Shown: positions 1 to 10,415, numbered from the stretch's first letter. The stretch: 32,000 nucleotides of DNA from Clostridium oceanicum (GCF_039521385.1 NZ_BAAACG010000008.1:703438-735437), one strand, 5' to 3'. Program-made: numbers and translations. Notes: generated by a model not told the origin, from the letters alone.

Positions 1-398
1 ATAGTATCAGCTTTTATTCTCTCAAAGGTATCTTTAGTTATCAAACATACCTCTTCTCCTTTTTCTTTTAAACCCTTACAAACTTGTATAATCCTATTAT
101 CTGGCTTGCTTTTATCCCAACTAGGAGGTAATTTTGCATCATGATGATTCATTTCTACTCTGACTTTACCGCCACCAGGTAGTTCTACTCCTTCATTTAA
201 TTTTCCTTTTTTTCTTAATCCATCTAGTATCCTAGCTGAATACCTTGCATTTGCTCCTAAATCTCCTTTATTTTTTTTAAAAGTATCTAATTCTTCTAAA
301 ACCACTTCTGGTATAACTACATCATTATCCTCAAATGAATATATAGCTCCTGGCGAATACAAAATAACATTAGTATCTAATACATAAGTTATCTTCAA
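1..398 (-). CDS. PhoH-family protein, N-terminal PIN domain (partial, runs off left edge)
   Basis: Open frame absent from the ORF track. TTG start at 398-396 preceded by gaggagg; translation (M)KITYVLDTNVILYSPGAIYSFEDNDVVIPEVVLEELDTFKKNKGDLGANARYSARILDGLRKKGKLNEG... has the YlaK/PhoH2-type PIN signature. No stop before the window edge. Confidence 0.85.
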   Translation of the reverse strand, partial: MKITYVLDTNVILYSPGAIYSFEDNDVVIPEVVLEELDTFKKNKGDLGANARYSARILDGLRKKGKLNEGVELPGGGKVRVEMNHHDAKLPPSWDKSKPDNRIIQVCKGLKEKGEEVCLITKDTFERIKADT

Positions 399-530
399 AC
401 TGATTCCTCCTCTCCCTGTTATTATTAGTATATTCATCAAAAATAATATATTTATTAATTTTATAAAATATTAGTAAAATGATTAATTTTTAAACTAATT
501 ATTATGGGAAAAATTCATAATTTTCAAAAT

Positions 531-569
531 AAAAAAAGCACTCAATGCTTTAGCATTGAGTGCTTTTTT
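531..569 (-). terminator. Intrinsic terminator downstream of tRNA-Glu
   Basis: agcactcaatgc-(ttta)-gcattgagtgct hairpin, 12 bp, with T-run on the minus strand (aaaaaaa at 531-537). Confidence 0.85.
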
Positions 570-643
570 GGTAGCCACTAGGGGAGTCGAACCCCTGATT
601 CCACCTTGAGAGGGTGGTGTCTTCACCGCTTGACCAAGTGGCC
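569..643 (-). tRNA. tRNA-Glu (anticodon CTC), encoded CCA
   Basis: Minus strand GGCCACTTGGTCAAGCGGTGAAGACACCACCCTCTCAAGGTGGAATCAGGGGTTCGACTCCCCTAGTGGCTACCA. Full cloverleaf; anticodon loop CTCTCAA. Confidence 0.93.
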
Positions 644-968
644 ATAAATATTAACAACAAGGGTAATTATAGTACATTTTACTATATTAGTCAATATTAT
701 TATCAAATTTTTTTTATAATATCTATGGCACTATTTTAAATTTTATATAAAAAATTATTTTTTCTAAATTATAGATTTTATATTATAAAAATAAAACTTT
801 TATTTTTTAATAGTTTAAAATTAAAAAATTTATAAATTTACCTTAATTTATAAATAAGGCACATTTAAACAACTACATAACAAATTTATTTTATTTCCTT
901 TATTTTATACTTATAAAAAATATTATATTTCAAATAATAATAATGATAAATTAAAGGAGGTCTTTATA

Positions 969-1136
969 ATGATGATGAATCAAAATAATAATATTGGATG
1001 TACTGTTACAGAATGTAAACACCACGCTCAAAATAGTAACTATTGCACTCTAAATAAAATAGAAGTAACTAAACACACAAATCAAGCTAATTGCGCTGAA
1101 TGTACTGATTGTTCAAGTTTTGAGTGTAAATGCTAA
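969..1136 (+). CDS. Small Cys-rich DUF1540-like protein (55 aa)
   Basis: Not in ORF track. AAGGAGG at 955-961, ATG at 969; MMMNQNNNNIGCTVTECKHHAQNSNYCTLNKIEVTKHTNQANCAECTDCSSFECKC*. Eight cysteines (8 of 55 residues) with a DUF1540-like C-x4-C...C-x-L-x-x-I-x-V pattern. Confidence 0.85.
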   Translation: MMMNQNNNIGCTVTECKHHAQNSNYCTLNKIEVTKHTNQANCAECTDCSSFECKC

Positions 1137-1180
1137 TATATATTATAAATAATATATATTAAAATTCAAAAATTAAAAAT

Positions 1181-1225
1181 AAAAAGAAGCTATTTTAAAA
1201 TAAAATTTTAAAATAGCTTCTTTTT
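1181..1225. terminator. Bidirectional terminator between DUF1540 gene and YitT gene
   Basis: AAAAAGAAGCTATTTTAAAA-taaaa-TTTTAAAATAGCTTCTTTTT, 20 bp perfect stem with T-run on both strands. Confidence 0.85.
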
Positions 1226-1229
1226 ATAT

Positions 1230-2093
1230 TTATAAAGCTGCAGCTTTAAAGCCTCCACCTTGACATTCTGTGGCATTTGATACTGATATAACAGCATTTT
1301 TATCTAAATCTTCTATTATCTTCTTAGCCTTTACTATTTGCTGAGTTGTCATAACACAATATATTATTCTTTTTTGATCTCCTGTATAAGCACCTTCCCC
1401 GTACATAATAGTTCCACCTATACCTAATTTATCAATCAAACTTTCTTTTATTCTAGAATGATTACTTGTTACTACAAATAATATTTTTTTACCTTCTACA
1501 CCTTCAATAACCTTACTCATAACTTGAGATTTCACAAACATTGAAATTATAGTATAAACTCCTATTTCAAAACTTCCTATAACAACACCAATAGTAACAA
1601 TTATACAATTTATTATAAAATCTATTGTAGATAATTTTATTCCAAATTTTCTTTTTGCCAATACTGAAAAAATATCTGTACCACCCTGTGATGCTCTATT
1701 TTTAAATATTACTCCCATACCTGCTCCACTTAAAACTCCACCGCATATACAAGATAAAAGTACATCATCCATTAAATAAAACTGAGTAATATTTTTTGTT
1801 AACAATAGGAAAGTTGACATACTTATCATTCCTATAAAACTAAACACACCAAAATCTAAATCTACACTTTTAATAGCTATTAAAAATATTGGTATATTTA
1901 TTAGTAATACAAAATATCCTGACTGAAGTCCTGTTATATATTGAAGCATTATAGCAATACCAGCTACTCCTCCACTCAACAATTTATGAGGAATAAGGAA
2001 CATGTTTACTCCTATAGCATAAGTTAAACTTCCCATTAATACTAATACTAATCTTTTTAAATTTTCTTTTTGAAAAATCATGACGCCCTCCAA
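1230..2093 (-). CDS. YitT family membrane protein (DUF161 + DUF2179)
   Basis: 287 aa; GSLTYAIGVNMFLIPHKLLSGGVAGIAIMLQYITG and C-terminal GEGAYTGDQKRIIYCVMTTQQIVKAKKII. Confidence 0.9.
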   Translation of the reverse strand: MEGVMIFQKENLKRLVLVLMGSLTYAIGVNMFLIPHKLLSGGVAGIAIMLQYITGLQSGYFVLLINIPIFLIAIKSVDLDFGVFSFIGMISMSTFLLLTKNITQFYLMDDVLLSCICGGVLSGAGMGVIFKNRASQGGTDIFSVLAKRKFGIKLSTIDFIINCIIVTIGVVIGSFEIGVYTIISMFVKSQVMSKVIEGVEGKKILFVVTSNHSRIKESLIDKLGIGGTIMYGEGAYTGDQKRIIYCVMTTQQIVKAKKIIEDLDKNAVISVSNATECQGGGFKAAAL

Positions 2094-2384
2094 AACTTAG
2101 CAACATAAAAGTTACTTTAAATTTAAGAATACTTGTTTTACATTTGAAATACATTTAAACTTTTTTAAATTAATTTAATGGAAATTTCATTGGTTAACTA
2201 CCCACTATCAAACATTAATATTCCTCCATAGTTACAATTAAATTTATTTTAAGCAAGAAGTACTGTTAAATTCATTTTTGCAACTTTGCTTTCATTTCTT
2301 TCAATATGGAACATATTTTTTAATTATTTCATAAATTAATCTCTTTATATACTGATATAATGAATGAAATCCTTCTTTTCAATT

Positions 2385-2413
2385 AATATATAAGTATTAT
2401 ATGCCAGTGTCAA
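2385..2413 (-). promoter_or_regulatory. Candidate sigma-A promoter for the YitT gene, with palindrome over -35
   Basis: Minus strand TTGACA (2413-2408), 17 nt spacer, TATATT (2390-2385). AGTGT-TG-ACACT palindrome at 2406-2417 covers the -35. Confidence 0.5.
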
Positions 2414-2748
2414 CACTTGATAACATATCTTTTTTTTCTATATTATCAATGTAACATTATAATCAATTATAATTAACTATGTAATAATGAAATTTTTATT
2501 TCATTTATTATTTAATATAAATCCTGCAAAATTTATATAGATTTAAATTTTTATTATTTGTACAGCTATCCTAAAATTTTATTCTATAGTTTGTACATCA
2601 TAAAAAAGAAAACTAAAAATAAATAGAACTATCAATAAATATATTTGAATTAAACACAATACTATCTTTCTTTATTCTGTATTGTGCAAATATACTTTAC
2701 AGATAGTTCATTTTATATACAGCTGTATAAACAGTAAATGATACTTAA

Positions 2749-3669
2749 TCATATTACCGTTGGCTCTAATATAGTTATAGTAGCAGCATTAGTATCAATA
2801 CTAAGATTACATCCTATAGGCACACCTGCTTTATAATATCCATGGCCGCTTTGTAAATTAGTTATTGTAGGTTTTCCTAAAGGCAATACAAATTCATTTA
2901 ATAAATCATTATAAGTTTTCCCATAAGCTTCTATACATCCACTACACTGACCCATAATTATTCCTATACACTGATCAAATTTACCTGCCAATTTTAAGTG
3001 ATTCATATACCTATAGACAGTATTTATAGGTTCATGTATTTCCTCTAAAAATAGTATTTTACCTTCAGTATCTATTTCATATTCAGTACCTAAATTATCT
3101 ACAAAAGAAGCTAAATTTCCTCCAACTACAATTCCTGATACGGTTCCCATATTATTACCGTATAAAGGTATATTTTTAGGATTTTTTAAAGGCCTTGGGG
3201 CGTTAACTCCAGAAGTTAATGAAAAAAACTGATCATAGTTATATTTTGGGGTGTTCGGTCTAAAATCTATAAGTAATAAACTATGGTATGTCATTAAATT
3301 CGACAGCTTATATATGACATTTAAAAGTATAGTAATATCACTATACCCTGTTAATATTTTAGGATTTTGCCTTATTATATCGTAATCTAAGTAAGGCAAT
3401 ACACCAGCTACTCCTACCCCTCCTCTAGTGGGAATTATGGCTTTCACATCTTTATTTTCAAACATATCCATTAAATCTTCTGCTCTATCTTCATCGCTAC
3501 TAGCTAAATATCCATCATATGAATAAACATGTTTACCAACAACAACATTAAACCCCATATTTTTAAGCATTTCTATTCCAGTATCAATGGAAGTTTTATT
3601 TAAAGGACTACCTAAAGTTACTATTCCTATAGTATCTCCTGGAAGTAGTCTATTTGGTTTTATAGCCAT
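2749..3669 (-). CDS. S66-family LD-carboxypeptidase (LdcA/MccF-like)
   Basis: LLPGDTIGIVTLGSP, YDGYLASSDEDRAEDLMDMFENKDVKAIIPTRGGVG and GYSDITILLN motifs. Start trimmed from 3735 to MAIKPNRL at 3669 because aaggag lies just upstream of it. Confidence 0.88.
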   Translation of the reverse strand: MAIKPNRLLPGDTIGIVTLGSPLNKTSIDTGIEMLKNMGFNVVVGKHVYSYDGYLASSDEDRAEDLMDMFENKDVKAIIPTRGGVGVAGVLPYLDYDIIRQNPKILTGYSDITILLNVIYKLSNLMTYHSLLLIDFRPNTPKYNYDQFFSLTSGVNAPRPLKNPKNIPLYGNNMGTVSGIVVGGNLASFVDNLGTEYEIDTEGKILFLEEIHEPINTVYRYMNHLKLAGKFDQCIGIIMGQCSGCIEAYGKTYNDLLNEFVLPLGKPTITNLQSGHGYYKAGVPIGCNLSIDTNAATITILEPTVI

Positions 3670-3746
3670 TTGAATCTCCTTAATAAAATTACTCCTTAAT
3701 AATAATAATATGTTACAAAATAAATTTTGTAACATATTATTAAAGC

Positions 3747-4295
3747 TTATAGATTAAATCCAAATATATACCAAGGTCCTATCCCAATTTCTAACCCTTT
3801 TTTATTTTGTTCTAACAAAAATTCTTTAGCTTTATCTTTATTAACCAAAATAACTTCTATATCCTCTGATGGCTCTAAATTTTGTTTTGGATTTTTATTT
3901 TCATACTTTTCTTCATCTATTTCTACTTTTACAAGTCTTGTAGAATCTGTTAAAAGTGCTGGATTACTTTTTATCTCTGGACTAACATCTGTAACCTCAC
4001 CTACATATCCTGTCTCTTCTAAAAGTTCTCTTTTAGCTTCTTCCTTTATATCGGAAGCTTCTACTAATCCTGCAGGAAATCCTATAACATAGTTATCTAT
4101 AGCTGCTCTATATTGTTTTATAAATATATATCTTTGTGAAGGAACAAGTTTTGCTACTATTACAACAGTTTTAGTAGTATTTGTTCTTTCTATCATTTCC
4201 CATTTTAATTTTTCTCCATCATCATTTACATACTCTATTTCTTTTAAACTTAACCATTTAGCCTTATACAAATTTTTTTCTGAAAGTTTCTTCAT
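3747..4295 (-). CDS. NUDIX hydrolase, ADP-ribose pyrophosphatase type
   Basis: Nudix box GLVEASDIKEEAKRELLEETGYVGEV. Confidence 0.9.
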   Translation of the reverse strand: MKKLSEKNLYKAKWLSLKEIEYVNDDGEKLKWEMIERTNTTKTVVIVAKLVPSQRYIFIKQYRAAIDNYVIGFPAGLVEASDIKEEAKRELLEETGYVGEVTDVSPEIKSNPALLTDSTRLVKVEIDEEKYENKNPKQNLEPSEDIEVILVNKDKAKEFLLEQNKKGLEIGIGPWYIFGFNL

Positions 4296-4321
4296 ATTTA
4301 ATATACCTCCACATATTTAAT

Positions 4322-7300
4322 TTAACTATATTCTATTCTTGTTTTACTTCCCCCTTCTCCTGGCATTGCAGGCTCTAATATTAATTTTACAGGCACTCTA
4401 TCTTTTAGCTCTTCTACATGACTTATAATTCCTATACTTAATTTATCTGTATGAATTTTTTCTAATGAATTCATAACAATATCTAAAAGATCGTTATCCA
4501 AACTTCCAAATCCTTCATCTAAAAAGAAAAACTCTAAAGGAGAATTACCTTTAAGTTGAATTTGAGAAGAAAGAGCTAATGCTAATGCTAAAGAAGTTAA
4601 AAATGTTTCTCCACCGGATAAAGTATTAGTAGGTCTTACTGCTCCACCACTAAAATCATCTCTTATTGTAAAATTACTACTAGAATCAAGTTCTAAAGCA
4701 TATCTTCCTCTTGTTATATCCTTAAGACGCTTTGATGCTTCAAATGCAATATACTTTAATTGACTTGTGGCTACAAACTCTACAAATTTATTTCCTTGAA
4801 CCAATTTATCTATATCCTCTAATAAACTCTTTTTATGTTCTATATTTTTCTTTTTTTCTAATAAATCTCCAAACTCTTTTAATTTAAGTTTCATATTTTT
4901 TATACTTTCTTCTTGCACTGCAACTTTCTTAACTATCTCATTAAATTCTTCCTCTGTATTTTCTTTTTCTTTTAACAATTCTTCCCACTGTTTTTTTTCA
5001 ATATGATTACCATTTAATTTTCTATTAATTATTTTTATATTAGTGTTTTCGTTGTTTAGTTTATTTTCAAAATCAGCAATATCTTTTTCAATATCTATTA
5101 TACACTCTTCTTTTAAATAAGCATTCTCTACCTCATCTATAGATGAAAATTTATTATTTTTCAAACTCTTTTTAAGTTTTTCTCTTTGAATTAAAATATT
5201 TTCCTCAAAATTTAATTTATTTTGTTTTTTTATTATTTCTTTTTCTTTTAAACATTCTTTTTCCTTTGTTTTCTTTGATAACTTTAACTTTAAATTTTCC
5301 TCATTAGATTTTATAAATTTTATTTTTTCTTTTATATCTAATAAATAACTCTCTAACTTACCTTCTATATTTTCTCCTATAAGTTTCTTTATTTCTTTTT
5401 CTTCTTTGTCTATTATATTCTTTTTTTCTTTTCCAACTTCAACAATTTTAGCTTTTGTTATTTCCAATTTATTTTTTCTATCTATAATATGTTGATTCTT
5501 CAATTTATATTTTTCTAATTGTTCTCTTATTTTTTTACATTGATTTTGAAAATTAATTATTTTCTTTTCATTAATTTTTATCTCTTTCAATTCTATTTCT
5601 GGATTTTCAATATTTTTGTCATTTTTTATTTTGTTAAAAGAATTATTTTTTTCTTTTAGCAAAACTTTATAATTATCCCTATCTTTTATTAATGAATTTA
5701 ATATTTCTTTTTCTTTAAGTAATCTTTCCGTGCAGGTTATTTCTTCTTTGTCTATTTTATTTTTTTCTTCTTTTAATTTATCTTTTCTTTCTTCCATATG
5801 AGATTTAGATTTTTCAAAATCACTTATACTCTTTTGAACTTTACTAAACTTTTTTATACTGTCATTTTTATTTTTTTCTAATAAATCTATATTATATTCT
5901 TTCAATTCTTCATTTATATTTTTTAATTTATCATTAATTATATCTTCTTCTTTTTCAAAAGAAACTAACTTTATATTTAAACTGTTTTGGTTTTCTCTTA
6001 AACTTTCTAATTCTAACTCCAATTCTTTTACAATAGATTTAATTTTTCCTAACTTTTCTATATCAATTTTAGAAGCTAAATTAACATGATTTGTTGATCC
6101 ACAAACAGGACAAGGATTATTTTCTTTTAAATTAGAAGCTAAAATAGAAGCCATGCTTTCCTTCTCTAAGTCTTCTAGGTTATTTTTTAAACTACATAAC
6201 TTCTCATTTTTATCTTTAATATCTTTAGATATATTGAGAAATTTTTCTTTTATAGGCTTCTTTTTAATTAATACTAAATTTAAATTTTTTTCATTTTTAT
6301 TTTTTTCTAAAAGAATTTTATTATAATAATTTATTTTTTCTTCTAAAGTATTTATATTTTTTTGTATATCTAATAAAATGGAACTATCTCCTGGTTTTTT
6401 ACTATTTAAATCATTTTCTTCATTACTTAATTTAAAAATATTTTTTTCTAATTTTTTTTGTTTTTCTAAAATATTATTATATTTATTTTTATTATTAGAA
6501 ATTATAGAATTTTTATCTTTTATCTTTACATTTAAAGTATTAATATTATCATTTATATCATCAATTTCTCTTTTTAAATTTAATAACTCTTGTATACTAT
6601 CTCTAAGTTCATAATCTATAGCCAAATTCCCAATTTCATTTTCTTTTTCTTTTAAATTTTTATCTAACTCTTCTATACCATCAATAAATTTTATTGAATC
6701 ATTTTCTAATTTTTCTACTTCTTTTTTTACTTTAGTATATTTAATTTTTAACTTTTCTCTTTCTTTTTTAATACCAGCTATACTTTCTTTTTTTTCTATA
6801 GCTTGTTTTGTATTATTTTCTTTTTCTATAAGAGTTGGTATTAATTCTTCTTTATCTATAAAAGCTTTATTATACTCTTTTTCAATTTCACTAACTTTTA
6901 AAACTATATCATCCATCAAACTTTGTATTTTATCTAATTCTTCTTTATTTACTTTAATATTATTTTCTGTTTTTTTAACATCATCTACATAAGGTTTAAC
7001 AATCAAAGCATTTCTAGCTTTTAAAGCTATATTTCTTTTATTATCAATATCATTTTTACTATTTTCTAGCTCTTTTAATATAGCCAAATGATTATTTAAA
7101 TCTTTTTGTAAATTCCATACATCTTTATACTTATCATATCTACATTTAATATCTTTATTTTTTATTTTTAATGCATCATACTCTTTTTTTATCTCTTCTA
7201 AATCTTCTTCTAACTCCTTTAAGCTATCTTTTGATATTCCTTCATATTGCTCTAATTTTCCAGACAATAATGTCATAGAACTTAATTCTTTGTTTTTTGC

Positions 7301-7861
7301 TTTTCTTATTTTATCTAATAATTTTTTACCAAAATCCTCTAATCCAAAAATTCTCTCAAGCATATCTCTTCTAGCTTTTCCACTAAGTTTTAAAAACTCA
7401 CTAAATTTTCCTTGAGGAAGAACTACAGAACGAGTAAAATCTTGAGAGGTAAGTCCTATAATATTTTCTATATTCTTTTGTATATCTCTTGCTTTATCTG
7501 CTACTACAGTTTCTAAGTCTCCATCTTTTTTTACTAACCTAGAAGCTTTAGTTTTATATCTTCCATTTTTATCTCTTTTTATAGTTCTATCTACTATAAA
7601 ATCTTGTCTTTTATTTTCTACTCCTATTTCAAATTCATAGCTAATATTTAAACTATCTGTAGAAATATTTATAAATTCTGAACTATCTCTAGCAATATTA
7701 CCGTATAAAGCCATTGTAATAGCATCTAATATTGTAGACTTCCCACTACCTGTAGGACCAAATATTCCAAATAGCCCTCTCTCTGTTAATCTTTCAAAGT
7801 CTATAGTTTGTTTTTCTAAAAAACTATTCAACCCCTTAATTTGTAACTTTTTAGGCTTCAT
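4322..7861 (-). CDS. sbcC: Exonuclease SbcC (Rad50-like ATPase)
   Basis: Walker A GIFGPTGSGKSTILDAITMALYG, long coiled coil, zinc hook NPCPVCGSTNH, ABC signature NTLSGGETFLTSLALALALSS, Walker B FFFLDEGFGSLD. Confidence 0.97.
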   Translation of the reverse strand: MKPKKLQIKGLNSFLEKQTIDFERLTERGLFGIFGPTGSGKSTILDAITMALYGNIARDSSEFINISTDSLNISYEFEIGVENKRQDFIVDRTIKRDKNGRYKTKASRLVKKDGDLETVVADKARDIQKNIENIIGLTSQDFTRSVVLPQGKFSEFLKLSGKARRDMLERIFGLEDFGKKLLDKIRKAKNKELSSMTLLSGKLEQYEGISKDSLKELEEDLEEIKKEYDALKIKNKDIKCRYDKYKDVWNLQKDLNNHLAILKELENSKNDIDNKRNIALKARNALIVKPYVDDVKKTENNIKVNKEELDKIQSLMDDIVLKVSEIEKEYNKAFIDKEELIPTLIEKENNTKQAIEKKESIAGIKKEREKLKIKYTKVKKEVEKLENDSIKFIDGIEELDKNLKEKENEIGNLAIDYELRDSIQELLNLKREIDDINDNINTLNVKIKDKNSIISNNKNKYNNILEKQKKLEKNIFKLSNEENDLNSKKPGDSSILLDIQKNINTLEEKINYYNKILLEKNKNEKNLNLVLIKKKPIKEKFLNISKDIKDKNEKLCSLKNNLEDLEKESMASILASNLKENNPCPVCGSTNHVNLASKIDIEKLGKIKSIVKELELELESLRENQNSLNIKLVSFEKEEDIINDKLKNINEELKEYNIDLLEKNKNDSIKKFSKVQKSISDFEKSKSHMEERKDKLKEEKNKIDKEEITCTERLLKEKEILNSLIKDRDNYKVLLKEKNNSFNKIKNDKNIENPEIELKEIKINEKKIINFQNQCKKIREQLEKYKLKNQHIIDRKNKLEITKAKIVEVGKEKKNIIDKEEKEIKKLIGENIEGKLESYLLDIKEKIKFIKSNEENLKLKLSKKTKEKECLKEKEIIKKQNKLNFEENILIQREKLKKSLKNNKFSSIDEVENAYLKEECIIDIEKDIADFENKLNNENTNIKIINRKLNGNHIEKKQWEELLKEKENTEEEFNEIVKKVAVQEESIKNMKLKLKEFGDLLEKKKNIEHKKSLLEDIDKLVQGNKFVEFVATSQLKYIAFEASKRLKDITRGRYALELDSSSNFTIRDDFSGGAVRPTNTLSGGETFLTSLALALALSSQIQLKGNSPLEFFFLDEGFGSLDNDLLDIVMNSLEKIHTDKLSIGIISHVEELKDRVPVKLILEPAMPGEGGSKTRIEYS

Positions 7862-9062
7862 CTTCTTCCTCCTTTTGAGCTATACTCAAAAATAAATCAA
7901 GTAATTCTCCTGTAGGCTCTACCCCTCTCTCATTTACATAGAATTCTTCAAATAATTCTTTCATAGATTTTTCTTTTATATCTTCAAATTCCTCTTCATT
8001 ATCTTTACTTTCTATATCTGGCACAATCTCTACAATATCTTTTTTTATTTCTTTTAATTTTTTTATTTCTTCTTGAGTTATATACTTATCAGTTTTAATT
8101 TTAAGATAAACCCACATATCCCTATCTTTATTCTCTTCACATTTTTCTATTGCCTCTTCTATTCCATTACATTTCCAGATTTCTATAGGTTTATAATTAT
8201 TAAAGTAAACATCTTGTATTTTAGCTTCAGATTTAGGGGAAATATCAATTATTTTACAACCTTTACTATATCCTATTTCACTTTTGCTATAGGGTATTGG
8301 GGATCCTGTATAAAAAGCGTTATCACAATTTTTAACTTTTTGCATTTTATGTAAATGTCCTAATGCTATATATTGAGCATTAGAAGGTAGTGCTTTTGTA
8401 TCTACTGCAAGACTACCTCCAAGTTGTATTGGTCTTTCAGAATCACTCTCTTCTGATCCATTAACAAATATATGTGATACCATTAAATTTACAGTATCAT
8501 CTTTATATTTTTTAGATAACTTATTTAATATTTCACCTATTCTGTCTGAATAATTTTTTCTTCTTTTCTCATCATTTTCAATATCATCATATATAATTTC
8601 ATCTAATCTTTTCTCACTAGGATAGGGCATGGTTATTATTACTGCTTTTTCTTTTCTTATTTCTAATTCTAGATATCCTACTCCAGAATCTATAATTTTA
8701 AAATTACTAAAATTCCCTTTAGGAACAATGCTGTTTAAAGTACCTATAATTAAAATCCCATCATCATAAGCTAAAGAATTTGCTGCTACTAATCTCTGTG
8801 GATTATCATGATTTCCAGCTATTATAAGTACAACCCTTTCTCCATTTCCTGAAAGTTTTTTTATACAATTATAAAACATTTTTTCCGCTCTTGCAGGAGG
8901 ATTGCTATTATCATAAATATCTCCCGCTATTATAACTAAATCTACTTTATTTTCTTCTACTATATGTATGAAATCATCTATAAATTTTTCTTGTTCATCC
9001 ATTCTTGTAAATCCTTCTAAATTTTTACCTAAATGCCAATCAGAAGTGTGTAATATTCTCAT
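7851..9062 (-). CDS. sbcD: Exonuclease SbcD (Mre11-like phosphoesterase)
   Basis: MRILHTSDWHLGKNLEG, IIAGDIYDNSNPP, IIAGNHDNPQRL, YIALGHLHK. Overlaps sbcC by 11 bp. Confidence 0.97.
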   Translation of the reverse strand: MRILHTSDWHLGKNLEGFTRMDEQEKFIDDFIHIVEENKVDLVIIAGDIYDNSNPPARAEKMFYNCIKKLSGNGERVVLIIAGNHDNPQRLVAANSLAYDDGILIIGTLNSIVPKGNFSNFKIIDSGVGYLELEIRKEKAVIITMPYPSEKRLDEIIYDDIENDEKRRKNYSDRIGEILNKLSKKYKDDTVNLMVSHIFVNGSEESDSERPIQLGGSLAVDTKALPSNAQYIALGHLHKMQKVKNCDNAFYTGSPIPYSKSEIGYSKGCKIIDISPKSEAKIQDVYFNNYKPIEIWKCNGIEEAIEKCEENKDRDMWVYLKIKTDKYITQEEIKKLKEIKKDIVEIVPDIESKDNEEEFEDIKEKSMKELFEEFYVNERGVEPTGELLDLFLSIAQKEEEDEA

Positions 9063-9314
9063 TTCATCACCCTTTGCAAAGTATATTTTATCTATTAGAT
9101 CTATTAAAATAAATAATAGGTCAAAGATCTAGGAATATTTATCTTTTAAAAATTTTTACCATATTTAAAATTGTAATTTTAATATATAAAATATACTAAT
9201 TTTCTTTTATTATAAAAAAATATATATATAAGACTCTAATTGTAGTACTAATTTTATATATAATAACTATATAACATTATATAACAATTAATATTAAGTA
9301 GCTAATATCACTAT

Positions 9315-9343
9315 AAAAAATAGCCCTTCCATACGGAAAGGCT
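9315..9343 (-). terminator. Intrinsic terminator downstream of the 9453-9938 gene
   Basis: Minus strand AGCCtTTCCgtatGGAAgGGCTATTTTTT, stem 9322-9343. Confidence 0.7.
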
Positions 9344-9452
9344 TTAGGGAGAGAATTTTATATATACTAACTATTTATAAGTTAATTTCATTAATAAATC
9401 ATAAATTTATATGCTATTAAAAAATATTTTGCTTAACTAATAAATCATAAAT

Positions 9453-9938
9453 TTAAAAGTTTTCTATATTTTTATTTATAACATAAAATACTTTATCTTG
9501 TTCATCTTTTTTTAATTTTAGCTTTATAGTATTAAATCTTCTAAAAAAATCTATATCTTCTTTACCCTTTATTATAAGTGTACTTTTTAATCTTTCGTGC
9601 CAACCACAAGATTGTATATCTTCCCATTTTTTAAAATTACCTTCTATAAAAATTCCATTTTCCATTATTTCAAATCTTTCAGCACCATTATAAAATATTA
9701 CTATAGCAACAAATACTTCTATTATTTCATATGCACTATTATTCATAAGAGAGCATATTAGTATTGATACTCCCATAAATATCATAATCTTTTTTTCTAA
9801 TCCTCTTCTAATATTAACAACAACTCTACCGCCTATTTTACTCTTATACCATAAATTAATTAATGTAAGAACACACCAAGCTAAAAAAGTTATAAAAGCT
9901 AATATTAATAATATAATTTTAAAAAGATTCATGCCCAA
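9453..9938 (-). CDS. Small membrane protein of unknown function
   Basis: 161 aa, hydrophobic helices then FEIMENGIFIEGNFKKWEDIQSCGW...; resembles PH-like membrane DUF proteins, family not assigned. Confidence 0.65.
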   Translation of the reverse strand: MGMNLFKIILLILAFITFLAWCVLTLINLWYKSKIGGRVVVNIRRGLEKKIMIFMGVSILICSLMNNSAYEIIEVFVAIVIFYNGAERFEIMENGIFIEGNFKKWEDIQSCGWHERLKSTLIIKGKEDIDFFRRFNTIKLKLKKDEQDKVFYVINKNIENF

Positions 9939-10329
9939 ACCTCCTTATGACATTTTTACCACAAACAAAATTAATAAAATTCTTTTGTTCCTTGTATTTT
10001 AAACTAATTCTATTAATGTAATTAATTTCCTTTTTATGTAAATTCATTATTGTAATTTTTAACTTTATTAATATTATCCCAATTATGTTATATTTTATAT
10101 AATACCTCTAAGTAAATTTTATTTATTTACATATTTACACAACCTTTTTATTACTATAAAATATATTTTTCATATATAAATTAACAACTTTTAAAACTTT
10201 ATGTCTATTTTAATTATCAATTTTTGTAATAAAATTTTGTACGAAAATTTAATATATTTAGTTCTAAAAAAATATATTAAGCATATTAAGATATATTAAA
10301 CACTTGAAAATAAAAAATAAATCAAAAAT

Positions 10330-10384
10330 AAAAGAAGCTATCTCAAAATAACTAAAAAATTTATTTTGAGAATTAGCCTCTTTT
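10330..10384. terminator. Terminator downstream of the TPM-domain gene
   Basis: TCTCAAAATAA / TTATTTTGAGA stem extended by agaagcta/tagcctct, then T-run. Confidence 0.7.
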
Positions 10385-10415
10385 CATATTTTCATAAATT
10401 AAATTTTTATTTTTT

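Noticed and set aside
6378-6614. Plus-strand ORFs 6378-6614 and 8073-8354
   Set aside because: Antisense shadows of sbcC and sbcD, low-complexity Phe/Leu/Ser-rich translation from A-rich coding on the opposite strand.
4322-9062. SbcCD as part of a nuclease defence island
   Set aside because: Standard housekeeping SbcCD with normal motifs and no phage, restriction or toxin genes nearby.
9390-9460. Short direct repeat taataaatcataaattta occurring twice
   Set aside because: AT-only sequence in AT-rich spacer, likely by chance and too short for inference.
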